Of a stretch of DNA of 51,454 bases, positions 1 to 12,969 are shown piece by piece. The translations under genes were made by a program, and so were the position numbers. Within the stretch, counting starts at the first letter, position 1; each line of letters opens with the position of its first letter. The notes beneath the pieces are model-generated. The model was not told where the DNA came from. It made no database searches and saw nothing but the letters and a program-made list of their open reading frames with translations. Source of the DNA: Octopus sinensis. Its lineage: Eukaryota. The stretch lies in the NCBI RefSeq assembly GCF_006345805.1, contig NW_021834328.1:1-51454 (forward strand), written 5' to 3'.

Positions 1-265
1 TATATATGTATATATATATATATGTTATATATATAATGTATATATATATATGTGTGTGTGTGTGTACATATACATACATATATGTGTGTGCGTTTGTGTG
101 TATATACATATATATTATATATATTATATATATATATATATATATGTAGTTATATACACACAAACGCACACACATATAATAAGCATGTATATGTATACAC
201 ACATACACACTCATATACATACATATATCTATACATATATATATATATACATACATACATACAAC

Positions 266-341
<76 letters not shown>

Positions 342-480
342 CTATGGATGATGATGTATTGTGTATATATATATAATATAGATATAATATATATATATAA
401 TATATATATTATATATATGGATGGATGGATGTATTGTGTATAATATATATATATATATATATGTGTTTGTGTGTGTGTGC
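1..480. repeat. Compound (TA)n/(TACA)n/(TG)n microsatellite tract
   Basis: Seen directly. The ORFs at 50-376 and 52-351 are just YI/HT translations of the repeat. Confidence 0.95.
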
Positions 481-779
481 GTATATATATTGTGTATTGT
501 GGTATCTGTCTATTAGTCATGTTGCAGTCTCATTATTGCCCGTCTCATTTTCCAGTCTATCCATCTACTTAGACATCTATCTTCTTCATGCTGTCTCGCT
601 TTCGCTCTCTCTTATTATTTTCTTTCTCTCTATTTATATTTTAGTTATGTGTCTATCTTTCATCTTTTACTTGTTTCAGTCATTGGACGGCGACCATGCT
701 GCCTCACTACCTTGAAGAATTTTTTTTCTTTTTTCTTTTTTTGCATACTCACGTCTACGCATATATATGAACACACATA

Positions 780-1258
780 TACGAGAGTGCGCCGAAAATT
801 TGATGGGATAACTACGAGTATGAAGAAGTGATGCTAGAGCCATTAAATCTTACATTCATTAATTTCAACACCTCTTATTAATAACCACATTGTGTCTTTC
901 CAGGTAAACTGAAATCTAACGCTTAAAAGAAGACTTCAAATGTAACCAGTCGCGACTTTGCAACCAGTAGCGAAATTTGGCCCTGTGATGTTATCAAGTA
1001 CGTGCAGAAAAAGGGTTTAACCCCTAAGGATATTCATGCTGACATGGTTACTACATTGGATGATGATGCTCCAGCTTGATCAACAGTTTGATCAAATGTA
1101 GGGAGCTGATTTTTGAAAGGGAAGGTAGAGTGTTGAACATGACCCAAGGTCGGGACATGCTGCGACTTCCATCACTGAAGAAAACATCGTGTTTACCACA
1201 TGGTGAGAGATGACAGGCGACTGACTATAAATCAAATAGCCATTGCTATTAGAATATC

Positions 1259-1292
<34 letters not shown>

Positions 1293-1318
1293 AGAGACAG
1301 GAAGACAGAGAGAGAGAC

Positions 1319-1357
<39 letters not shown>

Positions 1358-2101
1358 GTTGAGAATATTCTGCAGAATGAAGGTTCTGCTCGGCATCTGA
1401 CACCTGATCAAAAGCGCACCATGCGGATCACATTTCGGGAAAATATGTCAAAGTCTGAGATAAATTCAGCTGGTTTCCTTGTTGTTTTTATTTATTTTTT
1501 TTGTAACCCAGGATGAGTGCTGGGTTCATCACTTTGAACCAAAGACACAAAGACAATCCATGCAGTAGAAACACCCCTCCTCACTTGCTCCAAAGAAGGT
1601 CAAAGTCGTTTCATCTGCAGAGAAAGTGATGGCCTCAGCTTTTCGGAATGCAAAAGGTATAATATTTATTGACTATCTTCAAAATAGCCACACCATCAAT
1701 AGAGAATACTATTCCACCTTGTTGAGGCAGTTACGAAAGGCTATCAAGACTAAACACCCAGGAAACTGACGAAAGGTGTCTTGGTCCATCAACAGTATGT
1801 TCAAGCGCACAAGTCCTTGGTTTCAATGGCTGTTGTGCTTGATTCTGATTCTGCCCCATCTGACTAGCATCTGTTACCCAACATGAAAAAAAGATTTGGC
1901 TAGGAACTGGAATCGCAGTCGTGATCATGTCGTATCATCTATTGATGACGTTTTTGTCCAATAGGACAAGGGCTTCTTCACCGATATGATCCAAGCACTG
2001 CAATACCGATGGAACAAGTTTGTGGGGTGCAAGGAGCGCCATGTTGAAAAATAAGGTCATGTACCTTAGTCGGCCTATGAACTTTTCAGCCGACCCTCAT
2101 G
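780..2101 (+). mobile_element. Decayed, near full-length mariner (DD34D-type) transposon with transposase pseudogene
   Basis: Conceptual translation gives DDRRLTINQIAIAIRIS, HLTPDQKR, VTQDECWVHHFEPKTQRQSMQ*, KVMASAF..AKGIIFIDYL, YYSTLLRQLRKAI, APSD and RWNKF...VEK* (TAA 2052-2054), with stops and frameshifts. Degenerate TIRs: TACGAGAGTGCGCCGAAAATTTGATGGG at 780 versus reverse complement ATGAGGGTCGGCTGAAAAGTTCATAGG ending near 2100. Confidence 0.9.
1261..1357. repeat. (GA)n/(GACA)n microsatellite inside the mariner transposase
   Basis: Sits between ...ATATCCC and GTTGAGAATATT, i.e. within the codons for IS-RER-VENIL. Confidence 0.9.
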
Positions 2102-2429
2102 TGTGTATATGTATGTACGTATGTATATAAATGTGCGTATGTGTGTGTGTATAAACACGCATAAATACATACATGTGTGTATGTAAGTGTGTGTGAGTAT
2201 GTATGCATGTACCTGCGTGGGTGCGTTAACAGTTGTATTAGTTGTATGTATATAACTATGTACATATAAGTATCTATGTATAATCTCTATGTGTGTATAT
2301 GTTTATTTGTTTAATGTGAGTGTATATATGGATAGATGTATATGTACGCGTGTATGTATTACCAGGTTACAGTTGATAAGTCTACTAGTAATACATGTAT
2401 TTAGTTATCAAGTGCCTACTTGCAATACC

Positions 2430-2513
2430 GCTTTGTATCTATCTATCCATCTATCTATCCATCTATCAATCCATCTATATATTATATATCCATATATTTA
2501 TCTATCTATCCAT

Positions 2514-2596
<83 letters not shown>

Positions 2597-2984
2597 AATT
2601 TCTATCTATCCATTTATCGATCCATCTATCTTTCTGTTCCAATGTTTATCTATTTTCTTAATTATCTTCATAGCTATTTATCAAAGCTGTCTAACATTTT
2701 CGCTTGTATCCCACCCGCCTTGTATAGCCTCAGTACTTCAGACGTCTTCCAACTGGAATAGATTTCAGATGTCCAATTTTGTTCGATTGATCATTTGCAC
2801 TTAAACTCTTCCGGCTTGCATTGTTTTCACGGATCACCGAGTTTCGACTTCAGTTAGCTTGTAGCAGTTGTATTAGTTTCATAAAGCAAACAGGTAAATA
2901 GGCAGACGATAAAAAGATAGATAGAGGGAGAGAAAGAGAGAGATACATACTTATATACATGCATAGATAGATAGATAGATAGAT

Positions 2985-3043
<59 letters not shown>

Positions 3044-3047
3044 GTAG

Positions 3048-3127
<80 letters not shown>

Positions 3128-3190
3128 AACATGCGTACATACATGCAGGTAGACAGACAGCTAGATAGACAAACAGATACATACATATAG
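2430..3190. repeat. (ATCT)n tract at about 2430-2630 and (AGAT)n tract at about 2960-3125, with a short unique spacer
   Basis: Seen directly; the LSIY-type ORFs are artefacts. Confidence 0.9.
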
Positions 3191-3388
3191 ATATACCTAT
3201 CAAGCGAACATAAAGAGACTGGTGTAATTAATTCCAACAACATTATATTACGTTTTAAGAGACTTATTTTTGGAAACTATTTAATAATTTGTAATTCTTT
3301 CGTTTTTACTCAGATGAAAATATCTAAATTTGCAAATGTTCGTATAAGAGTTTTAGTGGCTGCAAAATTATGAGATTATGCATCTCTA

Positions 3389-3968
3389 CACAGACATACA
3401 GGAAGTAAATAGACACATTTAATTTTCAAAATGTCTGATCTAAGCGTCTTCATATGTTTTCAGCGATGTAGAATTTACAATATAATTGGGTTTTTTTCAT
3501 TCCAGGTGCCATTATATTAAACATTTGCGAAGAGAAACAATGCTACACACAAAAAATTCAGCAGATCTGTCAGATTTTCAAAGAAGTTGTATTGTTGGGT
3601 ATTCTGCAGCTGGTTTTAGCCAGCGAAAATTTACCGAAAATTTTCAAATTCCTCTTGCTAATGTTAATAGAATTATAGTGCAATTCAAAAGCCAAGGGAA
3701 AGAATCAACAGATTCTCATCCCTGCCGACCTGGGCCCTCGGAAAGAAAGCTTCACTATTTGTAGAGAATCGTGGAAAACAAACCCCCGTTTGAAGGCTTC
3801 TGACATTGCAAAACAGCTAGAAGTTAGTCCAAGAACGTGTGTTACATATCAGTATAAGCTTGGGTATTATGGACGAGCACCAAGAAGAAAACCTCCCCTT
3901 CAACCAATTAATATCAAATAAAAGATTTTGAAAATTAAAGGTGTCTATTTACTTCCAGCAAGTCTGTG
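3389..3968 (+). mobile_element. Internally deleted Tc1-like element, copy 1 (580 bp)
   Basis: 44-bp imperfect TIRs (CACAGACATACAGGAAGTAAATAGACACATTTAATTTTCAAAAT and its inverted match at 3925-3968), TA on both sides, and a Tc1 N-terminal coding remnant inside. Confidence 0.92.
3540..3921 (+). pseudogene. Tc1-like transposase N-terminal DNA-binding region (HTH, GRP-like motif, RRKP basic motif), catalytic domain absent
   Basis: [66 protein letters not shown]...GYYGRAPRRKPPLQPINIK*, with one internal stop and one +1 frameshift. Confidence 0.85.
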
Positions 3969-3977
3969 TATATATCG

Positions 3978-4190
3978 GCGAGCTTTGCAGAATCAGTAGA
4001 ACGTCTGACAAAATACTCAGTGACATTTGTTCCGGCTTTTTTCGTTCTGAGTTCAAAAACCGCCCACGTCAAATTTGCCTTTTATCTCTTCGGGATCGAT
4101 AATTAAAGTATCAGTCGTGTACGGAGATCGATGCGATCAACTTGTCCCTTCCCATCAAAAAATTACTGGCCTTGAACCTAGCAAAGGACT
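3978..4190 (+). mobile_element. Diverged tRNA-headed SINE, family S1
   Basis: GGCGAGCT..GCAGAATC head, GAGTTCAAA B box, and a body matching the younger copies at 17829 and 27293. Confidence 0.75.
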
Positions 4191-4264
4191 TGCGTCCTAT
4201 TCGGGTGGAACATTGTTATCTCGTTCATTTACATCCTATGTATCTACTTGTACTTGCGGTGGCA

Positions 4265-4500
4265 TTGAGCCGGAGCGGGTTGGACGGGGCAGAGTGATCC
4301 ATGATTAGTTGAGGTTCGGCGTTTTGAGCCGGGGCGGGTTGAGTCGGGACGGATTGAGCTGGAGCAGGTTGAACCGGTGCAGGTTGAACCGGGGCGGTTT
4401 GAGCTGGTATTCGTTGAGGCTCGGCGTTTTGAGCCGGAGCAGGTTGAACCGGGACAGTTTGGGCCGGGGCAGGTTGAGCTGGAGTGTGTTGAGTCGACGC
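4265..4500. repeat. GC-rich 15-bp minisatellite, consensus about TTGAGCCGGAGCAGG, about 15 units
   Basis: TTGA recurs every 15 bp from 4309 to 4489; the variant TTGAGG(T/C)TCGGCGTT recurs 105 bp apart (4309, 4414). Confidence 0.9.
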
Positions 4501-4970
4501 AAACCAACGAGTCATGTTCAGAGTTTCAGTGGGAATACCAGTTCACATGTGGTCCCCGGTCACATGCACACAGATTTTGGGGTAGTTTGATCCGTAAAAG
4601 CTCATCTTGCCGTCGATTGTTGACCGTCGCAGAGAATTCGCTGAGCCAGCTCACCGTCGATTATTGGAGCAGACGTAGTTTGGGTTTAAAGCAGGTTCTA
4701 GAGACATGCTTTAAAAAAATCTAAGGGGTACTTCTCTCCCAATGGTCTCCCAACACACTGAACACCAATCGAAAATTTCTGAAGGCCCCTACTATACTAG
4801 ATAATCGTTGAACTTTTAGGTTCATCCGTCCTTAAACCCCAATGGAGATCAGGTAGCCGACCTTATGAGTCCAAGAGAATCAAAGAAAACTGCATTTATG
4901 TATGTTTGTGTGCTGGAGAGAGAGATACAGGGAGAGGTACAGAGAGAGAGATACAGGGAGAGAGAGAGAG

Positions 4971-5020
<50 letters not shown>

Positions 5021-5097
5021 TATTTTCTTTATATCCATTCCCTTCTCTACAGATGGTCGCTCCGTCGTACGAAGGTTCCCGTAACTCATTGTTGACT

Positions 5098-5273
5098 CAT
5101 CGATTATGTTAGCAATGCGGCGTTAGAAGTGCAATGGGACATACTCGTAGCATCCTTTCCTCAAGAAATGGAGAACTTAGCAATGGGTCAATCGTATATT
5201 CTTTTGTCGTCATGTTTCCTTATATACATATATACACTGCACTTCTAACACCGCATCGTTAACATAACCGATG
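5098..5273. repeat. 36-bp inverted repeat with about 104-bp spacer
   Basis: CATCGATTATGTTAGCAATGCGGCGTTAGAAGTGCA (5098-5133) versus TGCACTTCTAACACCGCATCGTTAACATAACCGATG (5238-5273), 4 mismatches. Confidence 0.85.
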
Positions 5274-5499
5274 CAGAGAAACACACGGAAATATTGGGAG
5301 AATACTCGACCTCGGTTTTTAAACTTTATTTATCGATCCCAAAAAGAGGGACAGCAAATTTGACTTCTGGAGCGAAGTGAGAGAACGTATGCTGCAATGC
5401 GTAACACCGGACCATCTAATTACGCGACGAATTCACCGCCATTTTGAAATTCTATAACTCAGTACTAAGGTTAGTTTACAAAACTGGAATTAAGTCAGT

Positions 5500-6598
<1,099 letters not shown>

Positions 6599-7165
6599 CA
6601 CAGACATGTAGGAAGTAAATAGACACATTTAATTTTCAAAATTTCTGATCTAAGCGTCTTCATATGTTTTCAGCGGTGTGGAATTTATAATATAATTATT
6701 CGTTTTCATTCCACGTGCCATTATACTAAACATTCGCGAAGAGAAACATACCACTCGCAAAAAATTCAGCAGAACTGTCAGAGATCGTATTGTTGGGTAA
6801 TCTGAGACTGGTTTTAGCCAGCGAAAAATTGCCGAAAATCTTCAAATTCCTCTTGCTACTATTAATAGAATTATAGTGCAATTCAAAAGCCAAGGAAAAG
6901 AATCAACAGATTCTCGTCCCGGCCGACCTGGGCCCTCAGAAAGGAAGCTTCGCTGTTTGAAGAGAATTGTGTAAAACGAACCCCATTCGAAGACTTTTGA
7001 CATTGCAACACAGCTAGAAGTTAGTCCAAGAACGCGTATTACATATCTGCATAAACCTGGGTATTTTGGACGAGCAGCAAGAAGAAAACCTCTCCTTCAA
7101 CCAATTAATAACAAATAAAAGATTTTGAAAATTAAAGGTGTCTATTTAGTTCCAGCAAGTCTGTG
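6599..7165 (+). mobile_element. Internally deleted Tc1-like element, copy 2 (567 bp)
   Basis: Same TIRs, TA flanks and deletion junction as 3389-3968. Translation [29 protein letters not shown]...RPGRPGP...GYFGRAARRKPLLQPINNK*. Confidence 0.92.
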
Positions 7166-7325
7166 TACATATGTGCACGTGTATTATAGTATATATTATT
7201 ATATTATGCTATATTATATTATATACTTACATACATGCCCTGTTAGAACGGCGCATAGGCGACTACATGTACGAGAGTGTAGTGGTATATGAAAAGTGTG
7301 TACACGTGTATGAATACATATATTA

Positions 7326-7500
7326 TTCAATTCAATTATTTTTTTTTCAATTCAATTTTTATTGGGTCAAAAAGCTAACGCAAGGCCATGTAGGGGGACA
7401 GGGAGTTATGTACAGGGAGGGTCGTCATACAAAGAGTCCAAGCCATTTCTGGTCAAGAGAGACTTTGAACCGAGCGGTCGTCGGCATGTAAGTAGAGAAG
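7326..7500 (-). mobile_element. 5'-truncated LINE 3' end, CR1/L2-like
   Basis: Minus strand encodes FSTYMPTTARFKVSLDQKWLGLFV* (FKxxLDxxW-type C-terminus), then a short UTR, AATAAA (7358-7363) and a (TTGAA)n tail. Confidence 0.65.
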
Positions 7501-7904
7501 TGTGTGTGAATGTATACATGAGTTTTTGTGTGTGCGTGCGTGTGAATTACGTATTGTATGTATGTATGTATGTATGTATGTATGTTGTATGTATGTATGT
7601 ATGTATGTATGTATGTATACAGTGTCTTGAGCCAAATCTTTACTCAGCGTTTTACCTGATTAACCCTCGCCAACACTGGGCTCTTGTGTCACAAACAACA
7701 GATGAAGGTTATGTGACTGATTTGCTGAACGGCCTACACGGATGGTTTATTTATAATGATTGAATACTTGTGCTCTTCGCTAGGTCACTCACTCCCTCAA
7801 ATCGCCATTACCTATACAGGTTCAATGTGGGCCCCTTGCGACATGTCCAAGCATCGCAGACCAAACCGAGAATATTAGGTTTGGCCAACCTCAAACCAAT
7901 TGCA

Positions 7905-8052
7905 TCAACTCCGGTGTTCCATTACCACTTACTTTATCGATTTCGAAAGAATGAAACGCTAATCTGACCTCTGCAGCTTTTGAAATCAACGTAAATCCGA
8001 AAGAAGTGCTGTTAGGCATTTTCTCCGTTATTCTAACGATTCTGCCAGCTCC
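7905..8052 (-). mobile_element. Old SINE S1 copy
   Basis: Degraded reverse complement of the S1 head and body, ending in GATTCTGCCAGCTCCC. Confidence 0.65.
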
Positions 8053-8679
8053 CTCACACCTTCCCTTTATAAAATACACTCCGTATACACGTCTCTTTTC
8101 TCTTTTTATCACAAGCATCAATCTACATAAGTTCATAACATTACCTACTTCAACGATCGTAAGTACTGACTAAGTTTTAAAAGAGGACGAACGGTTTTGA
8201 TGTTTTTCCTTGTTTAGCAAAGACATAATACAGAAACCGTTTGCATTTTTCATATTCACTTGTCTACCGGTGTTCAAAGTTCAGTCATAGATCTGGTTTG
8301 TTTATTCATAGCTTAACGTAGAAGTCTCACGTAAATCAAAGGAAATTGCCTACCTCAAACGAAATCGTGTTTACTTGGTTATCAAGTAAAAGTATATTTG
8401 AGGTTTTCGGCGTCACTTTAAAATACTTTGTACAGAATTGTTTAGAACTAAAGTGCTCAATACTTTAGAAATTTCTAAAGTTTTAAAGTTTCACCTAACA
8501 CTATCGAATCAGTGGAAGATAACTGAATTTTTTCAGTCAAGATTTTTGGTAGCATTAAAAAGTCATTGAAATGTGTCAAATTAAGCATTTTCTAGAAATA
8601 TACGGTTTATCTTACGGCCATCACATGTACAATGTATTAAGTCGGCCCTATCGTTTTTTATCTCTGACTAGTTTCCCTC

Positions 8680-8840
8680 AGTAGACTGCGGCCATGCCGG
8701 GGCACCGCGTTGAGGATCGACACAAATACTTATGGCACTAACTGCATCGGTATCTTTGACCGAACTGCTAAGTTACGGGGACGTAAACACACCAATAATG
8801 TTTGTCAAGCGATGAGGAGGACAAACACAAAGCTACACAA
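8680..8840 (-). mobile_element. SINE family S2, 3' half
   Basis: GACTGCGGCCATGC..GCACCGC..GAACTGCTAAGTTACGGGGACGTAAACACACCA matches the reverse complement of the 38522 copy. Confidence 0.8.
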
Positions 8841-8926
8841 ACACACATACACTCACATACATATAGGAGAATGTGTGTGTGTCAGTGTGTTTTTTGTTGT
8901 GTGGTATATATGCGTATATATATGCT

Positions 8927-8967
<41 letters not shown>

Positions 8968-9032
8968 TATATATTAGATATATATATATATATATAATTA
9001 TATATAATATATATATATACATATATATATAA

Positions 9033-9162
9033 CGGGAAGCTTTATGAAAATAAACAAAAGACGAAGGCAGGTGGAGTACAAACAAACAAAGTATTAGTAT
9101 GGTGCCCAGGAATATAAATAAAACAAGTCTTTTACGTTTCGAGGAGCATACGCTCTTCAACA
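9033..9162 (-). mobile_element. Fragment of hammerhead-bearing repeat family H1, within (TA)n
   Basis: Minus strand GTTGAAGAGCGTATGCTCCTCGAAACGTAAAAGAC plus tail matches the 15.0-15.7 kb monomers. The 5' strand of stem I is lost and there is a 3-nt insertion. Confidence 0.8.
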
Positions 9163-9341
9163 TATATATATATTTGAGTAGTTGAATGAATTATCTTGTT
9201 AAGGATAATTCGGTTAACCGATACCTGGGTAGCAAATTCACATTAGAGAAGACACGTTTGAAGTTATGGGCTTTCGTGTGGAAATTTGAATGTTTTCTTA
9301 AAAATATAAATATTATATATATATTATATATATTTATATAC

Positions 9342-9440
<99 letters not shown>

Positions 9441-9591
9441 TTCACTGTGATCCGTATGCAGCCGGAGGGTAAAAATCCAAACGTGAATCCGTAAAGGGAA
9501 GATAAAGAGTAGATAAAGAGTCCAGTGGAGAAGTTCGTAGTGGTAAGAAATGACAGGATCAACGTATGCGACCACGTAACCGTGTGATATA

Positions 9592-9763
9592 TATTGGGAG
9601 GATTTATGAAAAAACAAAAGACGAAGAAAGGTGGTGTACAAAACAAACAGATGTATTAGTATAACGCTAAGGAATAGAATCATGAGCGTTATACTAATAC
9701 ATCTGTTTGTTTTGTACACCACTTGTCTTCGTCTTTTGTTTTTTTCGTAAATCCTCCCAAATA
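9592..9763. repeat. Near-perfect palindrome of the H1 tail (about 78-bp arms, 16-nt spacer)
   Basis: Arms 9592-9668 and 9685-9763; the right arm matches the H1 sequence downstream of the hammerhead motif. Confidence 0.9.
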
Positions 9764-9786
9764 TAATATATATATATAATTATATA

Positions 9787-9817
<31 letters not shown>

Positions 9818-9977
9818 CGACGGACTTTCTCACAGTTTCCGTCGGCTAAGTTCACTCACAAGCCATTAGTTAACCTAGGGTCATAGTAGAAGACATTTAT
9901 CCAAGGTGCCCGTAGTGGGATTGAACCAAAAATTACGTGGGTTGCAAATCGAGCTGTGTAACCACAAAGTCATGCCT
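9818..9977 (-). mobile_element. SINE S2, 5' half
   Basis: Reverse complement of the tRNA-like head and the ACCTTGGGCAAGTGTCTTCTACTATAGC-like segment. Confidence 0.8.
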
Positions 9978-10414
9978 AATCCAAGACCTCTAAGTAATTT
10001 GTTGCAGACCTTAAATTCCTTCGTTTCTGCCACGTGAAGATTGTGTCAAGTTTTCAAACGGAAATATAAATTAGATTTTCTGCGACTGAAACATTAGACG
10101 GGACACGCGTTACAACAATCCTTCTGGGAAACTGCATTGTATCACAGACTCTTAGTTTACCGCCATGCCATGAAGTAGCACATGACAAGACGTTTTCTTT
10201 TTATCTGCATGGCGTCAGAGATTTAGTTTATCATTTTCTTTTTCTATGTAAGCGTATGTGTGTGTATGAAATAAGAGATACCGTATGATTTAAACCCATC
10301 ACAATATATTAACTCAATTCTAGAAGAGAAACTAACTGAAATTTGACTCTATGAAATCTGATCAAGAATATTGGAACTGGTGCTACAAAAAGAAAACTAC
10401 ACCACATACCTATT

Positions 10415-10826
10415 TCTTTATTACCCACAAGGGGCTAAACACAGAGGGGACAAACAAGGATAGACAAACGGATTAAGTCGATTGCATTGACCCCAGTGCG
10501 TAACTGGTACTTAATTTATCGACCCCGGAAGGATGAAAGGCAAAGTTGACCTCGTCGGGATTTTGAACTCAGAACGCAGCGGCGGACAAAATACCTATTT
10601 CTTTACTACCCACAAGAAGATAAACACAGAGAGGACAAACAACGACAGACAAACGGATTAAGTCAATTGTATCGACCCCAGTGCGTAACTGGTACTTATT
10701 TAATCGACCCCGAAAGGATAAAAAGCAAAGTCGATCTCGGCGGAATTTGAACTCAGAACGTAACGGCAGACGAAATACGGATACGCATTTCGTCTGGCGT
10801 GCTAACGATTTTGCCAGCTCGCCGCC
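10415..10826 (-). mobile_element. SINE S1 with tandemly repeated internal unit
   Basis: Head at about 10770-10826; repeated body with the GTAAAGAAATAGGTATTT junction. Confidence 0.85.
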
Positions 10827-10849
10827 TTCTACAGCACATACCTATTCGG

Positions 10850-11400
10850 CATTTAATCTCCTTTGGAAGAGTCCCCTCTTCTGAAGAGATATACTTTATC
10901 CAGCGTCGTCTCTATTGATGGAAGCATTCCTGGAATTTGTACTCCTTTCGGTGGGTAGCGAACAACTGGCTCGTCGCATTGTCTTGGATTTCTTTGACGT
11001 CTTGAAATCTTGTTCCTTTCTAATATGATTCCTTTCAAGAATTTGTTTCGGGGTCATAGCATTAAACCCACGATTCGACTCCTGTTGTGACCGTTTTCAA
11101 AACGTTTTCATCATTCCCGACACAATCAAGGAGATCCTGTGCAGAAGAAACCCGATCTTCTTTTTGAGACGACCACACTCTACACACTTTACTTCCAAAC
11201 ACTGCTATAAACATCGGAAACGGCCGAGAATGTTACAACCTTGTGTGCATGCGCGACAGAGTCCAAAGTCAATCTGTACGAAGCGGCTTCACTTGGCGAA
11301 CTTTAGTTCCGTTACCATAGCAACAGTCCTGATACTTTTCTTTTATCAAATTTCGTATATTACTCACTCTTTGCAAAGGAATTATTAAACTTCTACAATT
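10850..11400 (-). pseudogene. Second, internally deleted mariner transposase remnant (irritans-like)
   Basis: Minus strand QKEDRVSSAQDLLDCVGNDENVLKTVTTGVESWV*CYDPETN (about 11167-11041; TGDE motif mutated) joined to KGTRFQDVKEIQDNATSQL...FQECFHQ*RRRW...GDSSKGD* (TAA at 10853). Upstream limit approximate. Confidence 0.85.
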
Positions 11401-11479
11401 TTCTTTCATTTTATTTTTCCTGACCCCCTGGGACTCATAAAGCCAATTACTCGGTTTCCGTAGGGTATAAGAAACATAG

Positions 11480-11720
11480 ATCACAATATTCCCCTCGAAC
11501 AGGTCAGCTGCAGGGCTAAGGCTCAGTAATTGCTTTGTTGGAAACAGACACGTTCCTTACATCGACCTCAGGACTTGACTACTACCTTATTTTATCGATT
11601 CGGAAGGGATGAAAATCAAAGTCGACTTCGATAGGGATTGAACTCAGAACGTAAAGAGCCAAAAGAAATGTCGCTCCATATTATCTCCGACGTGTTAACG
11701 CTTCGGTTAGTTCCTCACCT
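11480..11720 (-). mobile_element. Old SINE S1 copy
   Basis: TTTTATCGATTCGGAAGGGATGAAAATCAAAGTCGACTTCG..GAACTCAGAACGTAA is the reverse complement of the S1 body. Confidence 0.7.
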
Positions 11721-11842
11721 TCTTCCACAAACTATATTTGTTTAATTCTTAGCTTGAGTTTCTCCAAATCCCGTATCAAATACTTGACCAAGAGTTCATG
11801 TTTTTTTTTCTATCATGGCTGCATGATTGAGAAGCCCGTTTT

Positions 11843-11915
<73 letters not shown>

Positions 11916-11916
<1 letters not shown>

Positions 11917-12430
11917 TGTTTCTTTATTAGCCACACAGGGCTTACAAGGTAGAGCTTTTCTTTTGGGGGTAAAAGATGGGGGTTTGGTTTTCGATCAAAA
12001 GGGATCGTAAATGGAAAGAAAGAGGACAAAAAAAGGGGGGGATAAAATAAAATTTTTAAAAAAGGGGGGAGGAAAAAAATTGATCAATAGGGATCGTTAT
12101 CACAGAAATGTCAATATGAAGTGTAAAGGGGAGGACAGGTGAGGTTTACTCGTGGAAAGAAAAGCCTACGGAAAAGACCACGGTAACCTCGGTCAATGAA
12201 GTCACATGTTATATTTCTTTTTTTTTTGTTTTGCAAATAAGCAACTCTCTGTATTAATTTTTACGGTTCATAGAATCATAGTCAAGGTGGTTTCGTCGTC
12301 ATTCATACGTGCCATCCTTGCTACATTACCCATCTTTTTTTAAAACATTCACTAGACAAAACTTGCCTCTCTACTCTCACTTTCCTCTTCAAGAGAACCT
12401 GAAGAAGTTGATGATAGATTGACCAGAGAG
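11916..12430 (-). mobile_element. 5'-truncated LINE 3' end, Tx1/L1-like, within a (GATA)n tract
   Basis: Minus strand GQSIINFFRF/LKRKVRVERQVLSSECFKKRW/NVARMARMNDDETTLTMIL* (stop 12268-12270, with frameshifts), a 340-bp UTR and AATAAA at 11923-11928. GATA repeats lie on both flanks. Confidence 0.65.
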
Positions 12431-12461
12431 GATAGATAGATAGATAGAGATAGAGATAGAT

Positions 12462-12499
<38 letters not shown>

Positions 12500-12969
12500 C
12501 GATAGATAGATAGATAGATAGATAGATAGAAGATATAGATAGATCGATAGATAGATAGATAGATTAGATAGATAGATTCAGGTGAGAGTTTATCATACTG
12601 TTGATAATTTGTCAGTCAAGAATAAAGAGCAACTCCCATACATACATATAACCGATATTAAAAGCATTCTCCTTCCAAACATACATAGCTGATATTAATA
12701 AGACGTGAATATTTGAGGGAGGAAGGCCATAAATGTTCATATTAAATTTAACGAAACCATTTTTGGTTTCATAGATTCGTTCATAGATTCGTCTTCTATA
12801 AACGTTGACACATGTCAACACGTTATTAAATATAGAAAACTGACGAGATAGCAGACGACAGCTATAGCAAGGGAGTGTTGAAGAGAATGCTGTGTTTTTT
12901 GTTTCTTTTTTTTTTGCGAGTTATACTCAGGTTTCAGCCTTAGATACTTAGAAATATCTTATATCTTAT

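Noticed and set aside
2430-3125. (ATCT)n and (AGAT)n tracts forming an apparent inverted repeat around 330 bp
   Set aside because: Both orientations of this microsatellite are common throughout the window, so the pairing is expected by chance.
12846-12885. CTGACGA followed by an ATAGC/GCTAT hairpin
   Set aside because: No GAAA or NUH follows the hairpin, so it cannot form a hammerhead core.
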